This document shows, one piece after another, positions 1-12,929 of a stretch of DNA of 64,000 nucleotides. A program made the translations under genes and the position numbers. Origin of the DNA: Dicyema japonicum (lineage: Eukaryota > Animalia > Dicyemida); contig RDEW01000010.1 in assembly GCA_011109175.1 (NCBI GenBank), positions 290,494 to 354,493 on the forward strand. Direction: 5' to 3'. Below the pieces are notes generated by a model. The model searched no databases, was not told the origin of the DNA, and saw only the letters and a list, made by a program, of their open reading frames with translations. Positions within the stretch are counted from its first letter, which is position 1; every line of letters begins with the position of its first letter.

Positions 1-59
1 TCTTGTAGACAGCAGACAGAAATGTTGTATTTTGTTAGATCGCATGCCAGTTGGTGTTT

Positions 60-1000
60 CTTGTAAGGTTGTTTAAGTCCTCTGCAATTAAAACTTCCCA
101 AAGTATACGGAGAAGTCAGTAAGGAATACGATTTGAATAGTAATCTTCCATAATCACTTCGTCCATTCTCAGAACATGTCCGAAAAGTCGCCAGCGTGAG
201 GTAATTACTTCTCTGCTTATCGGTTTGTATTTACATAATTTGTAGAAAGTGTCGTTTTTGATAATCTGTGGCCACTTGATTCCCACAATTTTTCTCAATT
301 GATTTCTATGAAATGTGTCTAGTCTGTCAAGGTTTTTGATGTTCCCCATGTTCCCGAGTTATATAATAGGATTGGTTATATGAACGCGTTATATAAGCGT
401 ATCCTAAGATTTAAGGAGATAAGTTTTCTGCGAGTCCAAATACTCCACATTCTTTTCAGTACACACGATGCCAACATTTTTCTGCAAGCAATGTCTTCAG
501 CATCACCCAAAAACGAGCCGAGCCTTTTAGTAAACTTCCATTTCTCATCAATCCGTGTCGGTAACCGCTGAATCAAAGTTAACTCCGTTTTTTCTGAATT
601 GATCTTCAAAGACCACCTATCCAGAACTGTTGTGGCCTTATCTACTACAGTTCTTAGTACCTCCACATTCTCAGACACAAAATTGATGTCATCAGCATAT
701 ATTAATTCCACAAAATGATTATTCAAGTGACCCAATTCTTTTCTAACGTTCCTCAACGCAGCTTCCAAATAGATTGCAAAGAGAACTGCCAAAAGCGAGT
801 CCTCTTGCGGAATACCAATCCCGGTCGTGAATTTTTCCAAATAGCCCTTCCCCACTTTCACTATGAGGCTCGTGTCAGCCAGCAAAAAATCGCACAATCC
901 TCGAACAGTCCTCATCAATTATGTTAATGAGAACTTGCAATAGTTTATCTCGGCAGACAGTCAAATGCTTTCGATAAGTCGACTTATCGAATGTTGCTTG
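60..1000 (-). mobile_element. RTE-like non-LTR retrotransposon remnant (RT and C-terminal region)
   Basis: ORFs 376-918 and 116-349 carry GIPQEDSL..LF, IYADD, RIRLYNAFI and SRWRLFGHVLRM; broken by frameshifts. Boundaries approximate. Confidence 0.85.
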
Positions 1001-1019
1001 TAATAATATCAGTTGATTT

Positions 1020-1335
1020 GTCGTATAGTCTGACACGAAGTTTCAGTGATACATTCCTCTTTCTTATCCAGATGTTGTACATTTATTGAAGTATATGGTG
1101 GCCAGCATTTGTTTTCGACAAAAATCCTCGGCGTCACCTAGTAGTGAGCCGAGTTTTTTATGTCTGAGTTCGTCATTTCTTGATTTGGCTCGCTCGATTC
1201 TAGTGTAGTCCGTTTTTGTAATATTTATGCGCAGATCCCATTTATTTACAATAGTTTTGGCTTGGACTAAAATTTGGTAAAGTAGGCTTTTCTGGTGAGT
1301 ACATACAAAGTCTACATTATCCGCGTATAACAATT
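1020..1335 (-). mobile_element. Second RTE-like RT fragment
   Basis: LYADNVDFV...KKLGSLLGDAED, paralogous to the adjacent copy. Confidence 0.75.
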
Positions 1336-1849
1336 TAATTATATGATATACAATTCCTGAACACGGGGAACCTCAAAAAACGATTTAGAGAGGCTAGATA
1401 CTTTCCACAGAAACCAACTGCGCATACTGACTGGAATCTTCTGGCTGAGAAAATTCCTAATGTTTACAGGAGACATCGAACAGAACCCCGGGCCCCACAA
1501 GAACGTGAAATTCCTCAATGTCATAAATTTTAAAATAAACAGCCTTGCACACATATCAATCTAACTTTTTGCATTTCTACAAATGATATTGCCAAATGTG
1601 GTCTCCTCTTCAAATTTATTGACAGTAGTAGCTTTTGTAGATCGTTCAGAACTGCTAACTTTTAATGTCGCACTTTTCGATCTTTTTGAATTAACTTTTT
1701 AAACCATTTTTTCTAGCCATCGTTAATCATGGATCCTTTAAGCAAAATTTTAAATAATAAATTTCCAAAACTGTCTATATCCCAAAAATAATTCATCATT
1801 GCTGACGTATTCAACCAATCACTTACTTTTTATTGATGCTCTAAAAATA

Positions 1850-2200
1850 TTTACTGAGAAGGAAGATACAATGGTGAGCATGATGAATGAGATTGATGAT
1901 TATTTCAGTGTGGTTAGCTCAAGAGGAGTTTTGAGATGTCTGCCACTAATTTGAGATGTATCTAAGATGTGAAATCTCTGGATGGGTATGAAGGTTAGAA
2001 GACTATTTCCTAGTGTTAGAAGACAAAGAAAGTAATGTCGTGAAATATGAAGCTTTGAATATTATTGCTGAAACTTGAAAGGGAGATAATAAACTCTGCA
2101 CATACTAAGCTCAATGGTGTAAATATGTTTAAAGCGATTAACGAGCATTCCTTGTTCCTTTATAATTTCTACCTTGGCGTATGAATTTGATCAAATCAAA
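1850..2200 (+). mobile_element. R4/Dong-like retrotransposon fragment
   Basis: Degenerate DLK..., FLVLE, KLNGVNMFKAINEHSL..YNFYLG, similar to 6100-6500. Confidence 0.5.
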
Positions 2201-2321
2201 ATTAAGGTGAAAATTACTGATGCAAATTTGGAATCTTGTGATAAAAATGACATGACACTATTGTCGAAGGAAATGCAGGGTCAATTATTAAAATAATAAC
2301 AAAATCATAAAAATATTAAAT

Positions 2322-3350
2322 TTATAGTATTTTAAAGCAGACTAAAATTAATAAGTGGCCAACCTGAGCAATCATCAGTTCTATAAGGAAAAGATAGAGT
2401 CAAGTTCTTACATCGGTAACACATTATACGGACAGACGAACAGTGCTAATAAATAAAGACACAACTACCAGACAATTCTTAATATGACTACAACACTTTA
2501 CAAATATATTATTATATATGTTTAAGAGCTTCTCCTGATGAATTTGTCTAAGGTAGTCCACAGAAAAACGTGCAGAGAACTCACGTAGAAAGAGAGACTC
2601 GTGGATTATATTCTCTAAAGGACTACCAAATTAACTCAAATGAAACAATTCACACCCTTTCACAATATCAATGATTATGCACAATCGGTCTCGCAGATAT
2701 TCCACGTGATCCAACTTTAGGACTCGAACCGTGGGTTCTGGAATCATTTCCAAACCAATCAATGGAGAATACAAAGCCCAGGACAAATATTGATAAGCCA
2801 CTACGCAAACAGGGTACTTTTTAAATTCACATCTTTCGACGACGTAGGCAGGGATAATAATCTCAAAGTTCTGGTGGCACATTGAACAGAAATACTGTTT
2901 CGTGTAGTGGCAGAATATCATAAGGTTATCAAATATTTAATAAGAGTTACTGTTGAATGCAGGGGTATTACAACCAAAACAGTTCATTTCCATGTTGATT
3001 CGGACATCGGGGGGAGAATGGAGAATCAAAAGGCGGTTGAGTCGACCCATGTTGTCATTTTTGGACGCATTTTCTGACTTGATTAAGGATTTTTTGTTCT
3101 AGGGTATTTATCAAAAATTAACTGATAAATCAGGAGCCTCAATGACTTCATCAATGTTGATTGAAAAATATTTGAGTGACATCTTTTTAAAATTCTGGAC
3201 TTGATTTCTCTTCAACTCATTCGCAGCTAATTTGAATGGAGCATTTTCCTACTTTAATGAATATATTACAATTTCTAGCTTCCCCTCAGTCTCCTCTTTG
3301 ACGTAAAGTAAAAAATTTTCATGTTGAACGTTTCTATCGTATTTAATCAT
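2322..3350 (-). CDS. Rubicon-homology (zf-RING_9; DEF8/PLEKHM1/Rubicon-like) domain protein, about 7 exons
   Basis: ATG 3350. Spliced reading gives NCFGC...FCHYTKQYFCSMCH...IIIPAYVVERCEFKKYPVC...HIKNCL|HCSS..MCYRC, the RH-domain Cys/His pattern. Introns are 21-24 nt. One acceptor reads TG (2930-2950) and there is one frameshift near 2492. 3' end uncertain. Confidence 0.75.
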
Positions 3351-3451
3351 TTTATTAAATTGCAAAACAACTAACGTTATTGAATTTATTTAAATATAAA
3401 TTAAATTTCAACAATTTAATTTATAGAATCATATAGATTAAAAAAATTCAT

Positions 3452-4315
3452 AACTATTGACATACAGAAGGCTGTGACTCGATACCGAGGAAACTGCTCA
3501 CTAGGAAGATTTATGGCTCTAACATTCAAACAACCTTAAAAGATTAATTATTAAACGTGGCGTCATGTAGTCTACCAGTCATAACGTTTCTGGAAGCGCT
3601 CAGGGTGCACCTAATGCACCTAGGAAAAAAACCATTTGCTCACCCTTATCCAAAGTTGGTTCCTTCGGACGGCTTCCTTCAACTCTTCTCCCATCAACTC
3701 TCACCACCTCTCTGGAAGACCTTATCGGACAAAATGGGAAGCGATTCGCCGCTCTGTGCCGAAAATCCAATTCCTACAATGCTCTAATGGATTGGGTCTT
3801 ATTAGAAGACTTTACATCACCCCTCTTGTATTCCTTTCAAAACCCTCCCGTCTTCAGAGAAGCTGTGTTGGATCTCGGAAGGTCCACCGGAAAAAGATGA
3901 GAGACCTAATGGAGGCGGCCGGGATCACCTAATTAGTTTAATACAATTAAATTAACTATTGGTGTTCTTGGGTTAAATAAAAAAAAACTATTGACTACAG
4001 AAGGCTGTGACTCGATACCGAGGAAACTGCTCACTAGGATGATTTATGGCTCCAACATTCAAACAACCAGAAAATTTGGCTCGCTAACTTCCTCAACGGA
4101 CAAAGAGGAAGAATAATTTTTCATTCCACATCTTCAGTCACTAAATTTTTACCGAATGGGATCCCGAAAAAATCCCCCTATCTCCCATTCTATTCAACCT
4201 ATTCATAAGCGACATGCCTTCCTACAGCTGCAACGATACCCTATTCCTTGCCTACGCCAACGACTTAATCCTGGGAATAAGAGACCATGCAATAACAGAG
4301 CAAGTACCCGCTTAC
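3452..4315 (+). mobile_element. Ingi/I-like LINE RT fragment interrupted by a 5'-truncated LINE 3' end (3536-3985)
   Basis: IDIQKA.DSI and LSPILFNLFISDMP..LAYANDL. The insert ends ...AAGIT* plus 3' UTR and A-tail, and is flanked by an ~83-bp direct repeat. Confidence 0.75.
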
Positions 4316-4358
4316 AAAATGATCAGGAGAAAAATTTTAAAGAAAGAAAATTATATGG

Positions 4359-4821
4359 TCATGAGAGCAGTAAAATCTCACTCTCTTTGTAAGCAAGTAT
4401 TTGCTCATACTTGGCCACCATATCATCAAAGTCAGCAAGTAGGATCTAAATCATAACCAGAACTACAGTGAAGGATATCTTCCAATTCTTCGAAGTACTG
4501 AAAGTAGTAGAAAATGAATTTTTAATGGAATACAGCTCTCCTTAAGATTCTACTATAATCACACATGAACAACGGAGTGAAGACTTTTCAAATGTAATAA
4601 GGTTGAAAGGAGAGATTGTAGATCCTCTAATTTCTTCTTAAGCACAACAAGATCACGTGGGTTGTAATTTCCAAAATTAAGTTAGGTTCAAAGTAGTTAA
4701 ATTCCCACCTTCAAACCCCGTGAAAATCATTTTTCCCCTGAAATAAGGTTTAATGATACAAAGAATCGTCATATCCAATGCAGTTTTGCATATTTACTTC
4801 GTTAATTGAGCCTTCGTCCAT
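4359..4821 (-). pseudogene. Inverted duplicate of the orphan gene at 10037-10499 (two indels relative to that copy)
   Basis: ~4316-4917 is a near-identical reverse complement of ~9937-10538. One extra base near 4683 creates a stop and one base is missing near 4541. Confidence 0.5.
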
Positions 4822-4989
4822 ACACAAGAATAAACAATGCCCGCTGAATTATCTAAAGTTATTCAAATGTAATTAATAATTATTTTTTATTATTATATGT
4901 TTATTTGTTCTTTCTTTGTTTTTAAAACATGCAACGTGCTTTCGATTCGGTGGCGTTAAAACTCTCTCGAGTTGGCAAAAATGTTGAAA

Positions 4990-6916
4990 GGAAAAAGGAG
5001 AAGGGTCACTTGCGTTACCTGATGGTATGAATGTAATTCTTGCCATATCCGAGAGCGTTGTGGCAGATGACCCAAAAGAATGGGCGAGGCAGGTAGTCTT
5101 GCAGGTACGTAGCAGGCTATCTCGAATTCCCTGGAATGGTTGGCCATACTTGGCGGAGCTCTGCAGTGGCAGATTCAGTACTGCTATATCTGTGAGTGAA
5201 CTCAATAATTGGTTGTAGGCAAAGAGGGTACTGATCTAAAGGGGCGGGGACCAGGTGACCACAACTATCAAAAAAAGAGGCACGAACACCCCAGAGCTGT
5301 GATACGTTGCAGCTCAAGCATGTTTATGAGGTCTTAGCGCGGAATCTCGCTGCAGCGGCAGATGTCCCACTTAAGGACCGTAGATTTACCTTAAGATCCT
5401 TCATAGCATGGTTAACGGAGTAGTATTAACCTGTATCAATAAGGCTGTGGCTTATGCGGTGGAGACTATGCCATCTCCCTTAGTGCTTTATGTAGCACAT
5501 ATCACCTATCAGCAGTTGACGTACAAGCCCAGACATTCAGTAAATGGAGGAAGCAGATCTGTGACAAGATTCCTTGGCGACAGACAGAGCTGGAAGCACT
5601 GGATGAGCACATAAGTAAAGTGGCGAGAAGGGTTGAAGGAAAAGCACCGTCTATACTAAAAGGGTTACTTAGTAAACTCCGTTTTCCCAAATGGGACTTC
5701 AAATGGAGGGCAATAATGGTGTATAAGAGGAAATTCTATAACATGAATGTCGAGGTAAGAGAAAGAGAGAAAATAATCTGTTTGAATTTAATCGAAGATT
5801 GTTTTACCGTTGCCTACACGAAAATGGCAATAGTGCATGTTCCCAGGAAAGAAGCAAATGGAATTCTCTCGAGAATAAGTTGTGTACTGTGCATAATTGT
5901 CAGGGAGCAAAAGAGGAGTCTTTTATCAACAAGTGCCTTTCTGTGTCTCACGGAAACTCACCTGGAGTATTCATCTGAACTATAATAGGCACCGGGTAGG
6001 CGAGGTAAAACTCCTTCAGGAGGATTGCAAGTCTCCGCTACTCTTTGTTCTCTGTTTGGAGCCATTGAGTCGCCTCCTCAATGACCGGTTTGAGCAAATA
6101 AGTTAATTGTGAAGGATTTGTTTCAGTGCAAATTACCTTCTTTTTATCTATGACTGAAGATGTATGCTCGAACAGCCGAGGAGCTCTACTTCATGGGGGT
6201 CTGTGCCAGGGAATTCTTTGAGAGTATAGGACTAGATTTGAATTATTCAAAGTCTGCGACTAACACGCAAGTATGTAGCGAGTTAGTAAAGTCCTAGAGG
6301 AACACGAAGGATATAAGTATCTGGGTGTTACCGAAACTCCAAAGTCTTTTATAATGCCTGAGACAAAGCGACAAATTACTGAAGGCATTCGTAAAAGAGC
6401 AGCGTTATTATGTAATTATCTAAATGAAAGGAATTTGAAAGGAATTTGTTCCTTGCATTAAATGAGTATACTGTCTCGTTGCTAAACTACTACATAGGTG
6501 TTGTGGAGTTTGAGCCCAAAGAGTATGATGAGAATGATGTTATGATCCGTAGAGTACTTCAAGAAAACCATGTCCATGTGCTGGCAGTTAATAAGAAGAG
6601 ACTATATTTACCCCGTGATAAATTCGGCCCTGGACTGTGTGGAGTAGTCCAACTAAGTGAGCGTATCCGTATGTGTATGTACGACACCCTGATAGCCGGG
6701 TCAATTGTATCTGCTAGGAAGCACGCCATAATAACGACCGAGAAAACACGGGCAACCCACCTAGGCACTATCAGACCTTTTTTGTCTGCTAAGTATGGTG
6801 TTGATGATGGTGGGCTAGTAAATGTGAAGGCGTTGATCGAATTACATTATAATAATTCAATGAAAAAAATCAACTTAAAAGCCTTCATAGGATCGATCTT
6901 TGAGTATAGCTATTGA
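4990..6916 (+). mobile_element. R4/Dong-like non-LTR retrotransposon remnant
   Basis: LLQEDC.SPLLFVLCLEPLS, NYLLF..DLK, YKYLGV, LFLALNEY..SLLNYY.G and RLYLPR..GPGL; many stops. Confidence 0.8.
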
Positions 6917-7959
6917 TCTTGTTTCTAAGATTATGTGGTGGAGTGTGAAAGTGCTTTTTAATAATAATTAACTCTTCTCTCTTTACGTTCCATCCTATTA
7001 GTCTTGTATCCTGAGAATTTATGGGTAGGGTCATTTAAAGTTAGTTTGGTCTCTTGGATCATAGCACGTTAATTTTCTAACTTGGCACTAGTGACCGAAG
7101 TTCCCTGTTCTTCTTAATCCCAAAAGAGAAGAAATACGAAGCGCTACGCGACCGATTCGCGTTCTATCCCATTGTGGTCGAGACAACTGGAGGAATAAGT
7201 GGAAAATCGCTTCGCTTCCTAAAGAAACTTGGACTCCTAGCTACATTAAAAAGCCACGACGCACGTGAGACCCGGTGGCTTCTCCGGTTGACTTCTGTTG
7301 CAATCGTGAAAGAGAACGCACGTCGATAATGTAAATATAGAGAAAAGTTTCCGGACTCAATTGAAAACGTAGAAGCGATTTCAACATCGATGTAGCTTTT
7401 TCCTTGTATTCTTGGTATAATTTATAAGGGAACCCTTCGAGTTCACACAAACACCAAGATATTGTATCTGTTCCATGCATGTGATTGTTCCAGTATTAAT
7501 ACAAAATTTTGACTTATTTTAGATATTCACAATCCATGAAGCAGTACACTTTTCAAGAGATAGGGATAAACTTTTATCTCGGCACCAACATCAAATTTTT
7601 TCGATTTGGGCTGAAACACGTTTCCAGGAAATCGATTTATTAATACTAAAATCAAGTATATCTTTTTCATAAATTAGCATTTTTTAATTTAAGTGTTCAA
7701 CCTTCGGAATTTCATATATAACACAGTTAAATAACAGGGGAATTAAGACACACGAGTGCCTTACTTCCAACATTTAAATTTGATAGAGTCTTCAACAGCC
7801 CATAATGCCAAACGCTATTAAAAGCCTTTGATGTCTAGACATACGTCCGTAAGAATTAAAATGAGCCTAATCAATTCTGTTAAAATCAAAAAAATTTAAA
7901 TTTTATTTAAAAAATTATTAAATCATATATAACATTTTGTACAAGTTTAAATAAAATTA

Positions 7960-8660
7960 CAAAAATTTTAAGTAGAGCCCACAAGCGCTCTTAATGGAAT
8001 CTACAAAATGCCTTGAAACTAAACTTTTTTGAAGTATTCCTAGGCCATTCACTCTCAGAATAATTCTTGGTCAGATTCTTCAAGGAGAACTCGGTAGAGT
8101 CATCGCATTGGTAGATCTAAGTTAAGTACTAACAATACTGGCTTGTCCCGTAGGTAGATGCATTTTCTATAAATGCAGGATTGCTTCAAGATTTTGCGAT
8201 TTAGGCAGTTTTTGCAGGAATTACAGTTCTCTCGGACATTACAAGGCCCACAGAAGCCGCATCTACGCCTTCGCTGACTCCGCCCTTTCGTAACTGGCTG
8301 AAAGTCATGGTCGATTCTCTTTAGTGCCCGACTAGATCCGTAGTCAATCCTTCTTTTCCGGGAGACGGGTTGTAGATTAGTCGACCTGGCTTTAATCTCG
8401 GCTTCTCGTAGTTTTACTGGCTCAAACGGTCCACAAATCTCGATGGCCTGCCGAGTCCATGAAAATTGCCACAGGTGGCAAGAGATCGTACAAGTTGAGC
8501 GTCCTGTAAGTCATCTTCAAACGTGGTTCTTCGATTTTGGTCCTTTGGAGTACCAACTGTTCAGGAGGATGCGGTTCCTTGGATACAGAATAGAAATTCT
8601 TAAGCAGTTCAAGATAGGGGATCCGAACGCTGAGTGAGCAATCGGGAAGGAAGTTCATTT
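7960..8660 (-). mobile_element. Degenerate APE-type LINE fragment
   Basis: Resembles the decayed element at 16080-17150; no intact ORF. Confidence 0.35.
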
Positions 8661-10036
8661 TTCATTAATCTTTAATAAATTATCGTTTGGCGTTTAACAA
8701 TTACGCTGCGTAGCATTTGCGCTGATACAGTCGATATATGGCGGTGATAATTGTGCTAATATATATAAAGGCAATATGCTGATTTTTATCCCAGAGTAGT
8801 TAAAAGTGTCAAATTATTGCATTTTTATGAAAATATTCTAATTATGACATGGACTAAGCGCACCACAGAAACCTTTTATATTATTGTCTATTTTAACGAT
8901 ATTAATTAATATTATTTAATTAATAAATGAATTATTTTAGATTTAGATTAATTTATGAGATTATGCATTATTATTCAATATTGTATCAAAAAAACTTAAT
9001 CTTGTCCATTCTCATCAATATAGTCAAGGGTAGATTATTAATGGATATTATTCAAGTACTGAACCTACATTTCTCTGCTTTTCTGCGGTAAACAGGCATT
9101 GAATAATCGCGTTCACATTAGATTGCGGTAATAATCTGTTTTCTATGTATTATTAGAATATTTAATCGCATTTATTTTTCGGTTGATATAATTCATTATA
9201 TTTTTGAAATTCAATTCCGACCAGGAGGAACAAAAATGAGTGAACTCAGAATGGTGCAATAACTCTTTCAAAACATTGGCCTTAGATATTGATGGGGACT
9301 CTCAATCAGCTCTTTGTGTCTGAAATCTCCCACTGTTAAATAATTTAATTTCACTTCATTTGGTGGAGGTTACAAAATACATTTTATGTCTTAAATGACG
9401 ACTAGGTCGCAATTTCCCAACCATAGAATCCCATTGACATTCTGAAGATTCTGATTCAAAGTTAGGTAAGACAAAAATCATTAAATTTGCTAAAATCGAT
9501 GAGTATTGATAATTTCTCGGCATGTGATACGTAATTGATTGCAGCTAGATTATGAGGCAATTTACCTGACTCGTCGTTTAGAAGAAAAAATCGATCAGTG
9601 TCCTTAGTATCAAGAATTGGTCTATATATTGACTAAAAAAAAGAACATTAAATTATCAACCTCTCAGCAGTCTTATCATCTTCGTTCTGATTGACCTATA
9701 CAGACCATTTTTTTCCTCGTTCCACTAGAGTGGCGTCATCCCATAACTACAAGGACGGGACATTTTTTCTTTTTCCGTTAGTCCTGGGGATACTTTTGCG
9801 TGATATTGGGAAATAAGTCCGCTTCTGAACCACTCGAATTCGGTGGATGCATTAACTAACTGTTAACTTCTTTCTCACCTTTGAAGTCCACGAGATTTAC
9901 TTATCTCATGGTGTATCGAGAATTATTAAATTAATAAAAGAAAGAACAAATAAACATATAATAATAATAAAATAATTATTAATTACATTTGAATAACTTT
10001 AAATAATAATTCAGCGGGCATTGTTTATTCTTGTGT

Positions 10037-10499
10037 ATGGACGAAGGCTCAATTAACAAAGTAAATATGCAAAACTCCATTGGATATGACGATTCTTTGT
10101 ATCATTAAACCTTATTTCAGGGGAAAAATTATTTTCACGGGGTTTGAAGGTGGGAATTTGACTACTTTGAACCTACTTAATTTTGGAAATTACAACCCAC
10201 GTGATCTTGTTGTGCTTAAGAAGAAATTAGAGGATCTACAATCTCTCCTTTCAACCTTATTACATTTGAAAAGTCTTCACTCCGTTGTTCATGTGTGATT
10301 ATAGTAGAATCTTAAGGGAGAGCTGTATTCCATTAAAAATTCATTTTCTACTACTTTCAGTACTTCGAAGAATTGGAAGATATCCTTCACTGTAGTTCTG
10401 GTTATGATTTAGATCCTACTTGCTGACTTTGATGATATGGTGGCCAAGTATGAGCAAATACTTGCTTACAAAGAGAGTGAGATTTTACTGCTCTCATGA
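10037..10499 (+). CDS. Orphan ~119-aa protein with 3-4 tiny introns
   Basis: Exons 10037-10098, 10121-10283, 10308-10324, 10361-10391 and 10413-10499, joined through GT-AG introns of 22, 24, 36 and 21 nt, give an uninterrupted ORF: MDEGSINKV...GKIIFTGFEGGNL...KKKLEDLQSLLSTLLH...ILLADFDDMVAKYEQILAYKESEILLLS*. No family recognised. Confidence 0.55.
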
Positions 10500-11249
10500 C
10501 CATATAATTTTCTTTAAAATTTTTCTCCTGATCATTTTATTGAATTACACGAGAAGGACTGGTCTTATTTCTAGCGTGCATTGCGTATGGAGATGTTGGG
10601 AGCTCAAGATTTTAAATAAAATAAGTTTCATATGCAAAATATTTTCGTTCCAATTTCGTCCCCATAAACGTTTAAAAATATGGGACCCGATACATTCGCT
10701 AAGAGACCATAGCCATCCTAAATTCTTATCTGTAATTCCGATTAATCCACACAGTATTTAAAACTAAGAATATGAATAATTTCGTGACCTTTAACACTCA
10801 AAATACAATAAACATTCCTCGTGTTTTTTATCCTACTATGCGATTTTGCTAATGAAGTTGGAGTGATTCCATACAATGTGTACAAGGCCTGCTGGATAGC
10901 TCCTCACGTTGCTTGCATGAACAGGTGAGATGGGAAAGGTTTGACTACAATCTTTACGTTTGAGAGGTACAAGGAATCTGCATCGACTTCCAATCTCATA
11001 CCAACATCTCAAGATCGCGGTGAAAGCATTGTAACTCGTGGAGAAGGTTAAAGGTAAATATAATGGATCCCTGAACGGTTCATTTCCTGATGCAATCACT
11101 GCCGACACAACTTGAGTTATAAGTAAGAAGTGTGTTTATCCACAAGAAACTGGGACGTTTGTCCACTCTCATAATAATTACTACGAATGGATGCAATAAT
11201 GCCTGCCAGTTAAGAACAGGGTTATTGGTGTATCAAATGCGGAGAAGTA

Positions 11250-11370
11250 CAGTAAAACCTCTCGAATCCGTCAGAAAAAATTATTTGTTAAAAATGCGGC
11301 GGATTCGAGAAATTCTCATAGGAAATTTTGTATTTTTGAAAAAATGCGGCGGATTCGAGAGGTTTTACTG
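11250..11370. mobile_element. Tc1/pogo-type MITE (121 bp)
   Basis: TIR CAGTAAAACCTCTCGAATCCG / CGGATTCGAGAGGTTTTACTG, TA on both flanks, internal repeat AAAAATGCGGCGGATTCGAGA. Confidence 0.85.
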
Positions 11371-12369
11371 TACATAAGGAAAGCTATGTGAATTACGCAG
11401 TACTACAAGGGATACGGTGATCGCTCTCCTTAGGTGGTGGCGATGTAAACATAATTCATTTTTTATTAAGCTACAGTGTACTAAACTACTGTGAGTAGTG
11501 ATAAACTTTCTTCAACTAATTGCTAAGGCGGAATAAACATCTTTCTGGAAGAGATGCTTGGATCTCATGAGATGGACTCCTTGAAATTAAATTTATTGAA
11601 TTAGAAAACCACCTGAAAAAATTCACGTGATTTCGGCCTTCCATCAGTCTTCGCATGCTCGAACTTCCATATAGGACCGAAAACTACTCTACTATAGTTC
11701 TGAATAAGACCTGTCGGAGGAGGATTATTGATAATCGTTAAGTATGCCCTTACATTCAAGGATGTCACCTTAAATGTAAGAATGTCAAGAATTTCATATC
11801 GCTGCGAAGAGGATTTTATTCTAGAACAGGTTTTTTTTCTTGAGCAAATTGTCTTGGACCGGATCTCCCCATATTTACCTAAAGAATCCTTATAACACGG
11901 ATTTAAGAAAGACATATCTACAAGTACGCACCTGAAGACCATCATAATATTGCTGAACACAAATTCAATGTCGACGGAAAAGTCCCCAACTTCTATAAGC
12001 TTAACTTCGTGAAGGTGCTCGTCTCAAAATTTTAAGGATCCCTAAACCGGTAACTATCCACGTTGTACATTCAATTCATCGAGCCATCTATAAGTTATAG
12101 ATGTGCAGCTTGGGTAACAAAACTTGCCAAAACAACATGGAAAAGATCAACTCTAGGCAGACATGGTATGACTAAAGCAATTTTTCAAATCACAAGACTA
12201 CCGATGAGGGCAACCCATTTGAAATCCTTGTAAGGAGGTCGGGCAGCATATTTACCCAAAATGGTAAACCGCCAGAAGAAACGGTGTTATCGAAAATGTG
12301 TCCAGAGAGCAACACCAGGAAAGATGAAATGTTACTTAGAGAATTTTATGGCTTTTTCCTATTAATTAG

Positions 12370-12800
12370 TGATTTTGACTTATAATAATTTGGTAGCCCA
12401 AGGAGATTCTTTATCTCCAATTTATTTGTGGTTTACCTTGAAGCTGCACTGAGAGAATTCAGATTTACAGTCAAAGATAATTACTACAGGATAATTTACG
12501 CCGATGATTTAGATTTTGTAACTGACGATGTCGATGTATTGAACCACATTCCACAGTGTGCTTCCAAAAGTATTCCGAAAATGGTTCTCACTATCAACAC
12601 AGAAAAAAACTTTTTTCTTTGCTGAGAAATACTCTGACGAATTATGGAGAAGACAAAAAAACGTCGGGTCGCTCCTGAGACCATCTATTTTGAATCAGGA
12701 ACTGAAACAAACATCGGAAAGTAACTTGTGAACGCAGAAGACCTTGACTACTTAGAGAAAAAAGCAAGAAACAAGGCTACTTGTAAGAAGATATTAACGA
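12370..12800 (+). mobile_element. RTE-like RT fragment
   Basis: QGDSLSP..FVVYLEAALREF...IIYADDLDFV. Confidence 0.75.
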
Positions 12801-12929
12801 AATCGTTATGAACTTAATTAACTTTAACTTCTCATGAGTGCTTATAATAAATGTCACGTTCTAATAGAGGTTAGGTTGAGAATGAGAAAAATTAATAATT
12901 TCTTATTTTCATAGGATGTAAACATTATT

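Noticed and set aside
1339-1720. Possible minus-strand host gene
   Set aside because: There is no recognisable motif, and no consistent spliced ORF could be built.
4316-10538. Large DNA transposon (MULE or Maverick) with 600-bp TIRs
   Set aside because: There is no TSD and no transposase or polymerase inside, and the repeats correspond to a spliced gene.
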